DNA from: Naegleria gruberi
Taxonomy: Eukaryota
DNA: 64,000 bases
Assembly (NCBI GenBank): GCA_000004985.1
Contig: GG738853.1
Reading direction: 5' to 3' (one strand)
In this document: positions 34,396-45,213 of the stretch, piece after piece
How the letters are laid out: each line of letters begins with the position of its first letter
Numbering within the stretch: position 1 is the stretch's first letter
Notes under the pieces: model-generated
Seen by the model: the letters and a program-made list of their open reading frames with translations, nothing else
Told to the model about the DNA's origin: nothing
Database searches by the model: none
Made by a program: the position numbers and the translations under genes

Positions 34396-35529
34396 TTAGA
34401 AACACTTTCTGTGAACGATACCTGGGCCGGCATCCTCATATTCTTCCTTCGTTATCCACATCTGTTGGAATGTTGAAAGTGAGGCTAAAATACTGCCTCC
34501 AATCCAGACTGAGTACTTTCTTTCTGGTGGAGCAACAACCTTAATCTTCATTGAGGCAGGAGCCATAGCAGTCAATTCCTTGGTCATTCTTTCAGCAATA
34601 CCTTCGAACATGGTAGTACCACCAGATAAGACAACGTTACCGTACAAGTCCTTTCTGATGTCAATGTCACATTTACCAATTGAGTTGAAAGTAGTTTCAT
34701 GAACACCAGCAGCTTCCATACCAATGAAATTAGGTTGGAACAAGACTTCTGGACATCTGAATCTTTCATTACCAACAGTGATAACATTACCGTCTGGCAA
34801 TTCATATGACTTTTCAACTGAGGATGATTCAGCAGCAACCTTCATTTCAGCTTCAAAGTCCAAAGCAATATAACAGAGCTTTTCCTTAATATCTCTGACA
34901 ATTTCTCTTTCAGCAGTAGTGTTGAATGAGTAACCTCTTTCCATCAAAATCTTCATCAAGTAATCAGTCAAGTCACGACCAGCCAAATCCAATCTCAAGA
35001 TGGCATGTGGCAAGGCATAACCTTCATAAATTGGAACAGTGTGAGAAACACCATCACCAGAGTCCAAAACAATACCAGTAGTTCTACCAGAAGCATACAA
35101 GGACAAGACAGCTTGAATAGCAACATACATTGCTGGAACTGAGAAGGTTTCAAACATGATTTGAGTCATCTTTTCTCTATTGGCCTTTGGATTCAAAGGA
35201 GCTTCAGTCAACAAGACTGGATGTTCTTCTGGAGCAACTCTCAATTCATTGTAGAAAGTGTGATGCCAGATCTTTTCCATATCATCCCAATTGGTAACAA
35301 TACCATGTTCAATTGGATACTTCAAAGTCAAGATACCTCTCTTTGATTGAGCTTCATCACCAACATAGGCATCCTTGTTACCCATACCAACCATGATGGA
35401 CTTTTGCTTTGGTCTACCAATAATTGAAGGGAAGACAGCTCTTGGAGCATCATCACCAGCAAAACCAGCTTTACACATACCAGAACCGTTGTCAACAACG
35501 AGGGCTTGAACGTCTTCACAGAAGGACAT
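34396..35529 (-). CDS. Actin (intronless, divergent isoform).
   Basis: A 377-aa protein about 88% identical to conventional actins throughout ([84 protein letters not shown]...). It has an unusual N-terminus MSFCEDVQ and scattered substitutions. Confidence 0.9.
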
Positions 35530-35922
35530 GTTTTCGAATAGATTGATTTTTTTTTATGAAGAATAGGATAGATGAGATCGGAAAGGTATTTATACAGTTT
35601 GAGTTTGATGGGTTAAAAATGATGATTTATGTCAAGTTGACAAGATTGATGTGTGAAGTTGATGGACTTATTACAGTTTACATGGCATCATACTGTGTCA
35701 TCAAGTGACTATGAAGAAAGAACATTTTAACACAACATCGCTCATTATTGTTAATCATTCTAATGGAATTAGATTACAATATAAATTATTAACTTGATCA
35801 AATTTTACTGGATTTTTCAATTCCTTCCCTTCAATAAAGAATGGCCATTCTCAGCTCGAAATAATTGTTGTAAAAGAACGTATTACCAGCAAAATGTGGA
35901 AATCAAAAAACTTAAAAAAAAA

Positions 35923-38900
35923 ATGACTGAAAATCTGCACAACACACCTAGCCTCGATCAAGAACAAGGTGATGGAGAAAATCAAATAAATCCTCTCAAG
36001 AGAAAGGCTATCTCGAGGGATGATGATGCTTCTGAGCATGAACAACAACAACAATTAGAAAGGATTCCGAAAAGGTTGAAAAATTATTTTCAAACACGGA
36101 AGGAAGAAATTGAGTACGATGATCGTATAGAGGAGGTTGATTTTTCTTCAAGCCTCTCTAAAGGAACTGAAATTATTAAAACTTGGCACGTGAGAAAGGC
36201 TAGAAATCTCTTGTTAGAACTTGTACAAATAGAGGTCGGAGGAGTTGTACCCAATAGTATTAAAGATGTCCTTGATGATGTATTGAAGAGAAGGGAAGAG
36301 ATTGAATCTCTTTCACTTTATCTTGCTGAGAGGATGGTGATTAAAATCCAGGTCCATTCGACAGATTTTATCAATGATTTGTTGGAGAGTAATAGAATCA
36401 TTTGTCCTGCCAATGAAATTTCACAGGCAAAAATAATGTTTGGAGATGAAAGTGAAGAGACTCTTAGAGAAAATCTTCACAACTGGAAAAAGTACACATT
36501 ACCAAACTTGGTTGAAATTCAAAAACAACTCAATTTAGCCGATGATAATGAACAAGAAGGATTACAAAACCTAGACGAAAATGAAAAGCAAGTAATGAAA
36601 AATTTAATGGAATACGAGGAAATTACCCACGACGACGATTTTGCCTATCATTTGGATAGAAATCACAATCCTTTAGGATATAATTACAATGAAGACGAAA
36701 GACTGGAGCGTTTAAACAGCCTTGACGAAACAGAAATCAAGGAGGTGCATGAAAAGTCTCAATGGAACAATGCCTCTAACACTGAACCAGTTTTCGTTCA
36801 TTTCGACAAGGAATCCAAAGAATATGTTTACACCACACAAGAACTTGAAGAATATGATGGCTTTGTGAATGATGAGGCCTTTTATTTCAAATATCTATTC
36901 GATGAAATGTTGCCCGATGAATCACAAACGAAATATACTGAAAGCCCTTTTGCCGATATGAAATTTTCCCTGGAGCCAAAATATCACAATCCATTCCTTT
37001 TTATTCTTGAAACAACAATGACCATGTTTGAAAAGAATCAGACACCACAAGAACATCACTCGCTTGAGGTTTCTTATTTGAGATTGGCTACTTCCTTATT
37101 TATTTTGAATTGTATTAATACCGAGCTTGTGTATCTTTTAAACCGAGTTTCCAAGAAATCTTATGAATTAATGGCCAGAGCGACAGTGAGAGGAGTAATA
37201 GACTCTTTTATTGATAATAGAAATTTCTCATGCTTTAGAATGGATCACGATATTTACACTTACAGTGTCGTTACTGCAAAAGAGAATGAAATGGTGAAGG
37301 AAATTGAGGAAGATTTAAATTATGTATTGAATGGAGACGATTCTACTCTGAGAGATGATGAAAGTGACAATGAAACCAATGAAACAATTGGTACAATCAT
37401 CAACTCTGAAGAGAAAGATAAGGAAAATGTGGAGCCAACCTTTAATGAAGGTGAAAATGATGCAAACGAAGAGCCAATGTTGAATGAAGACGATGACCAT
37501 GAAGATAATGAAGATGATGAAGATGATAATGAAGGAGACGAAGAAGAAAAAGAAGAAAAAGAGAATCAAGACGAAGAAGATGAAGGATATCTTTCCATGG
37601 ATACAGATACTGATACCGACAGTGATATTGAAAACGATAACTATATGGTTGGGCATCCCTTGTGGGATAACCCTATGGAAATATCCCAGTTCGATATTGA
37701 AGAAATGAACCATTACAAGAGAAAAATGATAGACCCAGTAGCAAAATCTCTTTCGAGCACTTTTGAGTTTCTTAAAAGTGATCACACAGAGACAGAAGAG
37801 GAACTAACCTTGAATGAAGACGGTGAAGAGGACCTCTATGAGGAGAGAAACGTTAGAGAACCTATTGTCAACCAAGAATTGGTGACACAATATTATTCTG
37901 ATGATGGACACTTTGTGAACGATGATAACGCAGAAAATGATGTTTGGGGATCAATGACAATTGCCATTCCATGCGCTGAACACATATTAGATTTTGAAAT
38001 TAGTATGGAATCACAACTTCCAACTAGCAATAGCATTTATCGTGATTTGACCAGATTGATGAGAAGAGGTTCAGTTATGCATGCAGATTCAGGTGCCTAC
38101 TTTGAATCGTTCTTACAACTCAAAGAATATATTCAAGGTGTGGTTGAATGGATTTCCTTGAAAAATACAGAAAAAACTGTCACTGAGGAGGACATGTTGA
38201 ATGCCTTAAAGTTTGTACATAGACCCCATTTCACAGGCGGTCATGGTTCATATGATTTTGAAACTCCTTGTGAGTATGTTAAATGTGAATTTAAATTTGA
38301 TACAAAACCGCAATTCCCTCCAGAAAGTCTAACTGATGTGCAAGTTGAAAGACAATTTTTCTATAATGCACAACCAATAGAGAAAAGGGAAATATTGGTA
38401 GATGAAAGATTTGAAAATAATGATCCTCTTACCGATAACAACCATCTAGCTGATTGTATTTGCCATTTTTTAGGAGACATGTCAGAAATTCCAGGATCTA
38501 ATATCGTTTGTGACACATTTATAGAATTTGAAGATGGAAGAAAATTGGGACTTTATTCACCTCTTATCAAAATAAGATGTCCTATTTTTTTTAATGATTT
38601 TATGAGTGATTCAAAGCAAGGTATTTCCGTACAAACTATTAAGGAGAAATTGCCTCGTGTTAATTTTGATAATCTTTATGAATTTTTTGAATATGTTTAT
38701 CGAGGGGTCACAGATTTAGAAGATCTTGAGGGATCACTACTTGACAGTTATGTTCATGCAATTGAAGCTATGTTTAGAATTGAAGATGGAGAAATGTCGA
38801 AAGATACCACTATTCTGTACAATGATTCGTTCAATTCCTGTTCTACTTTATACAAATTGTGGAAAGATGATAGTACAAAAGATTTTACACTCTTCTTCAG

Positions 38901-39903
38901 AAATGATGGAGATGAGAAGGTTGAAATCAAAGTTCACAAATTTATTCTAGCTTCAAGAATTGAGTTTTTCAGAAAGATTATTATTGAAAACCCTGATTTA
39001 ACATGCTATGATCTTTCAGAAGTGGTTAAGAAAGAGTTGGTATTGGAAAGATTTGGTTTTTATCTCTACTATAATGATCTAAAACTTCAAACAGATAGGT
39101 ATGTTGAAAGCAAAATGGAAGAAGATTTGGAAGGGGTTGAAGAAAATAGCGAAAATGAAGACAAAGAAATGAGTGAAAGTGAGAATTCATCCTCCTTACA
39201 GAGCAAACAAAATGAAGAAAAGGAACCAAGTGAAAATGACGAGAACAATGAAATGATAAAATCTCCAGAAAATTCTGAGAATACTGCCGAAGAGAATGAA
39301 GAGGTTGACGAAATTGAAGATGAGGAAGAACTTACTTTTGATGAGTTTGTAGAACTTTTCAAACTGGCTCACAAATTTAAGGAAAATAATTTATCAAAGA
39401 TTGCTTCTAGAAGTATTACTCATGAAATCAATTATACTAATATTGTAGATTTCCTTACTTTATCCATCGATTGTGAATCCTATGATTTATTCAAAGCATG
39501 TGAATTCATTTTACTTTCCTCTGATAAGGAGCTAGTTGAGCAAGTAACAGAGCTTGAAGATGAGAGAGAATATTTCAATACTTTGAGAGGACCTATTGAT
39601 GAATCGAATGTTATAGAAAAATTGTCCTATGTGATGAGAATTTTGAATGCCCCAAGTTGTGATTTGGACTTTTTATTCATTTATAGTCTTGATGAATTCC
39701 ACAAGAGAAACCTTATTTGGTACATTGTTAGAAATATTTCATATTTGAATACAAAGGTTATCCAATCTCTCCAATTCATTCGAGTAGATGATAAGACAAA
39801 TTGTGCTCAACTGGTTCAATCTTTAGCCAGAAGATACCACTCCTCTCTCGATTCTTTCACTAACATTCCAACAACAGGAGAATCTTTCCAACAAGACGAA
39901 TAA
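35923..39903 (+). CDS. Large acidic protein with a C-terminal BTB/POZ domain (~1326 aa from the first ATG; the track ORF extends to 35794 via a TTG).
   Basis: FTLFFRNDGDEKVEIKVHKFILASRIEFFRKII is a BTB signature. There are long D/E-rich low-complexity tracts (NEDDDHEDNEDDEDDNEGDEEEKEEKENQDEEDEG). The ATG is in aaaaaaaaaATG context. Confidence 0.55.
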   Translation: MTENLHNTPSLDQEQGDGENQINPLKRKAISRDDDASEHEQQQQLERIPKRLKNYFQTRKEEIEYDDRIEEVDFSSSLSKGTEIIKTWHVRKARNLLLELVQIEVGGVVPNSIKDVLDDVLKRREEIESLSLYLAERMVIKIQVHSTDFINDLLESNRIICPANEISQAKIMFGDESEETLRENLHNWKKYTLPNLVEIQKQLNLADDNEQEGLQNLDENEKQVMKNLMEYEEITHDDDFAYHLDRNHNPLGYNYNEDERLERLNSLDETEIKEVHEKSQWNNASNTEPVFVHFDKESKEYVYTTQELEEYDGFVNDEAFYFKYLFDEMLPDESQTKYTESPFADMKFSLEPKYHNPFLFILETTMTMFEKNQTPQEHHSLEVSYLRLATSLFILNCINTELVYLLNRVSKKSYELMARATVRGVIDSFIDNRNFSCFRMDHDIYTYSVVTAKENEMVKEIEEDLNYVLNGDDSTLRDDESDNETNETIGTIINSEEKDKENVEPTFNEGENDANEEPMLNEDDDHEDNEDDEDDNEGDEEEKEEKENQDEEDEGYLSMDTDTDTDSDIENDNYMVGHPLWDNPMEISQFDIEEMNHYKRKMIDPVAKSLSSTFEFLKSDHTETEEELTLNEDGEEDLYEERNVREPIVNQELVTQYYSDDGHFVNDDNAENDVWGSMTIAIPCAEHILDFEISMESQLPTSNSIYRDLTRLMRRGSVMHADSGAYFESFLQLKEYIQGVVEWISLKNTEKTVTEEDMLNALKFVHRPHFTGGHGSYDFETPCEYVKCEFKFDTKPQFPPESLTDVQVERQFFYNAQPIEKREILVDERFENNDPLTDNNHLADCICHFLGDMSEIPGSNIVCDTFIEFEDGRKLGLYSPLIKIRCPIFFNDFMSDSKQGISVQTIKEKLPRVNFDNLYEFFEYVYRGVTDLEDLEGSLLDSYVHAIEAMFRIEDGEMSKDTTILYNDSFNSCSTLYKLWKDDSTKDFTLFFRNDGDEKVEIKVHKFILASRIEFFRKIIIENPDLTCYDLSEVVKKELVLERFGFYLYYNDLKLQTDRYVESKMEEDLEGVEENSENEDKEMSESENSSSLQSKQNEEKEPSENDENNEMIKSPENSENTAEENEEVDEIEDEEELTFDEFVELFKLAHKFKENNLSKIASRSITHEINYTNIVDFLTLSIDCESYDLFKACEFILLSSDKELVEQVTELEDEREYFNTLRGPIDESNVIEKLSYVMRILNAPSCDLDFLFIYSLDEFHKRNLIWYIVRNISYLNTKVIQSLQFIRVDDKTNCAQLVQSLARRYHSSLDSFTNIPTTGESFQQDE

Positions 39904-39964
39904 TTTATTGTTAGTCAACCAATAAATAATCCAACAAGATCCTAGGAGTTCTCAACTTGAAAAA

Positions 39965-40438
39965 ATGCAACAACAACAAGGAAATAAACCTTCACCTAAT
40001 CGACATGTTGTGGAATCATCGTGTGATTTGGAGACGGGAGCTGATGAAACACTCTTTACCTTCAGGAGTGACAAGGCTGAGAAGAATAAACTCAGAGCCT
40101 TCATCAAGTCTTCCAACAATGATGAAGAGGAGAGAATGAAATATTTAGATGATGATCGGGTAGGATTTGATGATGAGAGTACGCTCACCGATGATTCATC
40201 AAGACTCATAACACCAATTACTATGGGTAATAAACAATCGTATGGAGGAATTGGAGATCAACAGCATCAACAACAACAACAACAGGATAATGTTACAGTG
40301 ATTTCCTATGTGGCAAAGCCTAATCTAGGAGGAAGGAGGAGATTTCTTCACAGGAGAACACTTAGTAATAATACAACATCGAGAAGTATCAAGAGCAATA
40401 ATAATATTGGTGCTGGCATAATAATAATAATACAGTGA
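39965..40438 (+). CDS. Small Q-rich ORF (157 aa). Uncertain: it may be a 5' part of the next gene joined by a frameshift.
   Basis: It has an ATG start and an internal MGNKQSYGG (myristoylation-like) segment. It ends in an odd IIIIIQ and overlaps the next ATG by 4 nt in another frame. Confidence 0.25.
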   Translation: MQQQQGNKPSPNRHVVESSCDLETGADETLFTFRSDKAEKNKLRAFIKSSNNDEEERMKYLDDDRVGFDDESTLTDDSSRLITPITMGNKQSYGGIGDQQHQQQQQQDNVTVISYVAKPNLGGRRRFLHRRTLSNNTTSRSIKSNNNIGAGIIIIIQ

Positions 40439-41112
40439 TGATGAAGGAACCACCAGTGTTGAATGTAAATAGTGGTGGTGCTGGTAATGGTACAAATATG
40501 CAATTAATGATTCACAAAAATCGAAAGAGGAGATGGCAGTACATGTGTATTGCAGCATCAATAATGGCATTCTTAATTTCCTTACTTATTTCTATTACAA
40601 TAGTTATATTTTATGTTTTTAGATCGCCATATGTATATATTGACCAATTGTCAATTACCAAATTACCGACCGCAAGTTTCAGAACAGACACTGATAGCCC
40701 ACATGCTATTTTAGGATTTAATTTGAATTTTATTATTTATAATATGAATATTCAAGATTCACTACTTACCGATATTTGCATTGAAAAGATTTCTATCAAG
40801 GATATTGTAGCTCAAACATCATATGATTTAATATCAACCCCATTTGATTGGAATTATGAAAATAATGGAACTAGTTTGAATTTGAGAGGTTGGAGAGAAA
40901 CATCATATACTTTACCAATTTCAATTGATTTCACACAACAGGCACTTTCACCAGCAGTCATCAAGACAATTTCTGATTTAATATTCAGTAGTCTTCAGTC
41001 AAATCACTCTGTCAAGTGGATTATCAAAGGAACTGCTAGAGTTAAGGTTGGAAATTTAATTTATAGAGTGATTGACTTGTCTAAAAATCAACAATACTTT
41101 TCATCAACTTAG
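40435..41112 (+). CDS. LEA_2 / NHL (NDR1/HIN1-like) fold type II membrane protein (tentative).
   Basis: A basic cytosolic N-terminus, one TM helix (MCIAASIMAFLISLLISITIVIFYVF), then a ~150-aa beta-rich domain beginning RSPYVYIDQLSITKLP. This is the architecture of LEA-2/NHL proteins. Confidence 0.45.
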   Translation: MMMKEPPVLNVNSGGAGNGTNMQLMIHKNRKRRWQYMCIAASIMAFLISLLISITIVIFYVFRSPYVYIDQLSITKLPTASFRTDTDSPHAILGFNLNFIIYNMNIQDSLLTDICIEKISIKDIVAQTSYDLISTPFDWNYENNGTSLNLRGWRETSYTLPISIDFTQQALSPAVIKTISDLIFSSLQSNHSVKWIIKGTARVKVGNLIYRVIDLSKNQQYFSST

Positions 41113-41127
41113 GAGTTTCAATACTGT

Positions 41128-41565
41128 TCAATCTTTATTTACTTTAACAATGAGATTGGCAGGTTTTTTAGCATATAATTGTTTCCATTTAGCCCAACCA
41201 CCTTCCAGATATTTCACTTTCAGAAGAGAAGATTCTGAATCAGTACTAGTACCAGCAGCATCATTGATAGTATCAGCAAATAGCTTGGCAGCAGCTGGTC
41301 CTCTAATCGTACAATAAAAACAATGGAAGATTACAGTATCAATCTTAACTTGTCTCGATTGATTGGCAAACACAATTTCCTTCAACAAATTACTAGCTTT
41401 ATCCTTGTTAAAATATGGAACATTCCTCGATCCGACAATTGATTCTCCCTTGTGATCCACATCTCGAACATCTATTATCATAAAACTCGATGATTTTCCA
41501 TCCAGAATATCTTTCGCCAATTCTTGTGCTTGAATAATTTCCACCGTCGTGTTATCTTGTGACAT
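41128..41565 (-). CDS. Rhodanese-domain protein of the Cdc25/Acr2/Ych1 type.
   Basis: A 145-aa protein with the active-site loop HCFYCTIRG (CX5R) and an upstream IIDVRD motif. It converges on the LEA_2-like gene with a 15-bp gap. Confidence 0.7.
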   Translation of the reverse strand: MSQDNTTVEIIQAQELAKDILDGKSSSFMIIDVRDVDHKGESIVGSRNVPYFNKDKASNLLKEIVFANQSRQVKIDTVIFHCFYCTIRGPAAAKLFADTINDAAGTSTDSESSLLKVKYLEGGWAKWKQLYAKKPANLIVKVNKD

Positions 41566-41780
41566 TTTTTCTATTTTTTTGAATTTGAACCTTTTTCAAA
41601 TGTATAATTAAAAATTATATCATATTGTTCAAATTCGAGTTAGATCCATAAATTGTAATTGAACTGTAAAATTTTTAACACAATTCATTGTTCCCATAAG
41701 AAGCAAAACCCGCAAAACGGAATGTCTGTTCCACTGTTGTAAACAAGAAAAAGCCACAACGTCCCCATAAAAAAAATAGA

Positions 41781-42929
41781 ATGTTGCCAACAACGAGCGA
41801 TTTAGATGACTTTTTCAACAGTTTCCCTACACCGGTTCAGCTTGTGGAGAAGGAACGAATTACCTTTTGCAATATTTTAGATGATATTCCTGCAGAGAAG
41901 AAACCAACAAGTCCTCCGAAGAGAGACAAGGACATGGCAACCTTTATTCAGGATATCTATGAAGACATCATCATGAAGACGAATTTGGTTGAGACTGAAG
42001 AATTTGAGAATGATCAAAATAGAGTGTCTTTGAGAAGAAGAAAACTTGCCTTGTCTAAAAAAAGTGGAATTTCACAATATGGAGACATTGATAATTTGGA
42101 AATATTCTTGTTTGGTGTTGATGAGAGTCAAAAAGACAAAGTTTGTAAGATTATTGGAGATACAGATATTAAGAAATCTTCTGGCTCCTTGGACATTAAG
42201 AGTTGCAAGACAATTCATAGTGTGATGAAGAAGTGTGAAAAATGTCGATTGATTTTATGGATTTGTACGAAAGATAACAAGGAAATATTGCAGTTATTGG
42301 TTTGTACAAAGGTTTATCCAGTTACCAATGAAAAGCTTGATCCCTCTGAATCCAGAAAGAAAGTAAAGCGCAATAGTCAACCAGGAGAAGCTTCATCTTC
42401 TGGAATAGACGCAGCCAGTACTGATTTGGTGTCTCAACTTGACCTTGCTTTTGCAAATAATTCAAACACTAATAGCTTGCAATCAGCAAGCACAACCATT
42501 CAAAATAATCCTATTCCACATGAAAATAGTCAACCTCTTTCTCAGCCAAAGGTAGTATATAAATCCCGCCCAGCTGAACTTGCCCAAATGTCTCAAGAAG
42601 ATCTCATAGCCAAAATTATTCGATTGGAAGGCATAATAGAAGACAGAGACAATACCGTTGCTTCTACCCATCAACATTACAATGTTAAAATTTCTGAAAT
42701 GGCTCTTGCTCACTTTAACAATATCCAAGAACTGTTCCAACAGATCAATCGTCTTAATAAGGAAAATTGCGATCTCAAATGTACTTTGAATCCACAAGAT
42801 ACAATTGCACACAAGCAACTTTACATTGAACAATTCGAAGATGCAAAAGAAGTGGTCAATCACCAAGAAAATTTAGATTTGTTTGATGGTGAAACTTCTG
42901 ATGACGTTTATAATAACCTTTTCAACTAG
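41781..42929 (+). CDS. Hypothetical protein (382 aa) with a C-terminal coiled coil.
   Basis: A long ORF with an ATG start. Heptad-like C-terminus (LIAKIIRLEGIIEDRDNTVAS..., INRLNKENCDLKCTL). Confidence 0.45.
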   Translation: MLPTTSDLDDFFNSFPTPVQLVEKERITFCNILDDIPAEKKPTSPPKRDKDMATFIQDIYEDIIMKTNLVETEEFENDQNRVSLRRRKLALSKKSGISQYGDIDNLEIFLFGVDESQKDKVCKIIGDTDIKKSSGSLDIKSCKTIHSVMKKCEKCRLILWICTKDNKEILQLLVCTKVYPVTNEKLDPSESRKKVKRNSQPGEASSSGIDAASTDLVSQLDLAFANNSNTNSLQSASTTIQNNPIPHENSQPLSQPKVVYKSRPAELAQMSQEDLIAKIIRLEGIIEDRDNTVASTHQHYNVKISEMALAHFNNIQELFQQINRLNKENCDLKCTLNPQDTIAHKQLYIEQFEDAKEVVNHQENLDLFDGETSDDVYNNLFN

Positions 42930-43083
42930 TAAAACTTACTTCAAAAATTGAGTTTAATGTGTTATAAATTTATTTCCCTTACCTACTTGTTTCTGGCCAC
43001 ACAGGTAGACATAATCGTTTCTGGTTTTAATGCTACAGAACCCAATCTTTGGCATAATAGAAAATCTCCTAAATAAATTAGAT

Positions 43084-44070
43084 CTATTTATTCTTGATAT
43101 TATTGTAAAAATCTTGTAGTGATTGCCAATACTCAAATGGTAATCCTGTATCGTGCCGTGAAGCATCTCTAACAAAAACACCAACCATATCTCCACGTTC
43201 AATAGTGGGACACATAGCTTCTCTTAAATTAAGTTCACCATTATGAAGTTTTCCACATTTCCAATTTTCTCTCAAATGGGTAAACACTTCATAGGTTAAA
43301 ATGTCAATGCCAAAATAGCAGACAACATCATTTTCATTCTTACATGTTCTCTCCACTTCAAGCATTTGTAACTCCTCCTCTGTTATATAGAGATTGTGAT
43401 TTTCACATTGAATCTTGTTCGGTTTCTCAATAGTAGTCAGAATGGACGTATAAACAACCTCACTCTCCTTCTCCAATACTTGTCCAATCTTTAGCACACC
43501 ATTTGCATACGTATGTTTTTCTGAAATGGTATCCAATGTGACAATAGCCTTATTGAACTTGTTAAAAGCTCTAACAGCATACTGCAAACAACTTTTTCCA
43601 CTTTGAGTCCTCGATGTATAGATATGATCTCCCAACAAGACAATAAATGCCTCATTCTCCTTAATGAATTTATCAGCACAACACAACAATGCATGTCCAA
43701 ATCCAAGTTGTTCCTCCTGTACAATAAAAGTCAGAGTTTTTGAAATTTTCTCAATCATTCTCATCGAATCTTGAATTTCCTTTGCTTTTCCTTCCATAGA
43801 AAAAGCACAAGGCGCATTGAAAAATTCCTCTATAATACTCCTCTGATTTTCCTGCATGACAATACAAACTTGAATATCATCCCATCCGATTTCTGGTTGT
43901 TCTGCAAGTAGCGCCTCCACTGCATGTTCAATAATTATTAATAAAATAGGCTTGCAAAGTTTATCTTTCGGATCAAGGATTGGAAAGAGAGCCTTTGGCA
44001 TGACTTTTGATGCAGGAAACATTCTCGTGCCGTGACCTGCAATAGGTATGATGACTTTGGTGATTGCCAT
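43084..44070 (-). CDS. UTP--glucose-1-phosphate uridylyltransferase of the bacterial GalU type.
   Basis: The N-terminus MAITKVIIPIAGHGTRMFPASKVMPKALFPI matches the GalU/GlmU nucleotidyltransferase signature ([25 protein letters not shown]). LGFGHALLCC also matches. Confidence 0.8.
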   Translation of the reverse strand: MAITKVIIPIAGHGTRMFPASKVMPKALFPILDPKDKLCKPILLIIIEHAVEALLAEQPEIGWDDIQVCIVMQENQRSIIEEFFNAPCAFSMEGKAKEIQDSMRMIEKISKTLTFIVQEEQLGFGHALLCCADKFIKENEAFIVLLGDHIYTSRTQSGKSCLQYAVRAFNKFNKAIVTLDTISEKHTYANGVLKIGQVLEKESEVVYTSILTTIEKPNKIQCENHNLYITEEELQMLEVERTCKNENDVVCYFGIDILTYEVFTHLRENWKCGKLHNGELNLREAMCPTIERGDMVGVFVRDASRHDTGLPFEYWQSLQDFYNNIKNK

Positions 44071-44224
44071 TTTTTTTAAATAATAATTAATTATTAAATT
44101 ATTAATAAATATTAAAGATTACAAATATTTAACAATATTTAAATACTAATTTGTAAACCACGTACTAATATTACACTGTAATATTATTACATTCAACCAT
44201 GTTCCGATTTCTTCTATCAAAAAA

Positions 44225-45157
44225 ATGTCTCTCGATCAAACTTCATCTCCACCACCTCCAGAATCCAACAATTTACTCTCCTGTTGTTCCTTCAATGTTC
44301 ATCACTTCTCCACTGCATACGGAAGGAGTAACCTCACCGAATTATACAAATATTTGCATAAAAACAATTTCGACATTGTCTGCCTGAATGAAGTTTATGA
44401 AGATAGCGAGTATTCTCATCCTCTGAGAGATTTGGTTTATGCATTGAATTCATCATTACCTGAGGAGGTGGAAGTGGCTCGGCCCTATCAATATCGATCT
44501 GGACCCACTAATTATGAATCGAATATTATTCTGAGTAAATATCCAATTCTATTTCAGGAAAAGAAGGATGTTGGAAGAGGTGAAAGATCAGTACTTGGTA
44601 TTAAAATTGATCATCCATTGGTGAGGAATGTATTTGTGACTCATTTGGATCATGTGAGTGAAAATAAGAGAGTGTTACAATTGAAGAGAGTCTTGTCTTT
44701 TATGAAACACTTTATTGATAGGAAATTGGTGGATTATCCAAATGATGAGAATAAGAATTTCATTCTTCTTGGAGATTTTAATTCAATGAGAATGGATGAT
44801 TATACGGATAAGTTTTGGGATTATCTCATTAAGCAGAGAATTCAATATGGTTGGGAAGCTCCAGATACCCAAGTTACCTCCCTATTATTTAATGAACCAA
44901 CAACACCAGAAAGTCACTCCACAGAAGAAGCTGACGAACCTAAACTAAAAATGCCACTCGTGGATTGTTGGAAAGTTTTAAATCCAGATATCATATTTGA
45001 GGGAGAGAAAGGAACTGGTTCTTCAAGACTCGACACTCGAATTGACTATGTCATTAGTAATACTGAATTGCAGCCATATCTCAAACAATCATGGATTGAT
45101 TCCGATGCTTCTGGTATTTCAGATCACCTTCCTGTCGTTGTATTATTTGAGTTTTAA
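44225..45157 (+). CDS. Endonuclease/exonuclease/phosphatase (EEP) family protein.
   Basis: EEP motifs are present: FDIVCLNEV, LLGDFNS, SRIDYVI, SDHLPVVVLF. Confidence 0.7.
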   Translation: MSLDQTSSPPPPESNNLLSCCSFNVHHFSTAYGRSNLTELYKYLHKNNFDIVCLNEVYEDSEYSHPLRDLVYALNSSLPEEVEVARPYQYRSGPTNYESNIILSKYPILFQEKKDVGRGERSVLGIKIDHPLVRNVFVTHLDHVSENKRVLQLKRVLSFMKHFIDRKLVDYPNDENKNFILLGDFNSMRMDDYTDKFWDYLIKQRIQYGWEAPDTQVTSLLFNEPTTPESHSTEEADEPKLKMPLVDCWKVLNPDIIFEGEKGTGSSRLDTRIDYVISNTELQPYLKQSWIDSDASGISDHLPVVVLFEF

Positions 45158-45213
45158 TATAAAATAATTTTGAATCAAAGTAAATTCGATATCAGATACT
45201 GTCAAAAAATTTT

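Noticed and set aside
34233-34544. Plus-strand 103-aa ORF overlapping the 3' end of actin, together with the T16 homopolymer at ~34184..34199.
   Set aside because: The ORF overlaps the actin CDS antisense with no homology. The T16 run is an ordinary intergenic homopolymer in AT-rich DNA.
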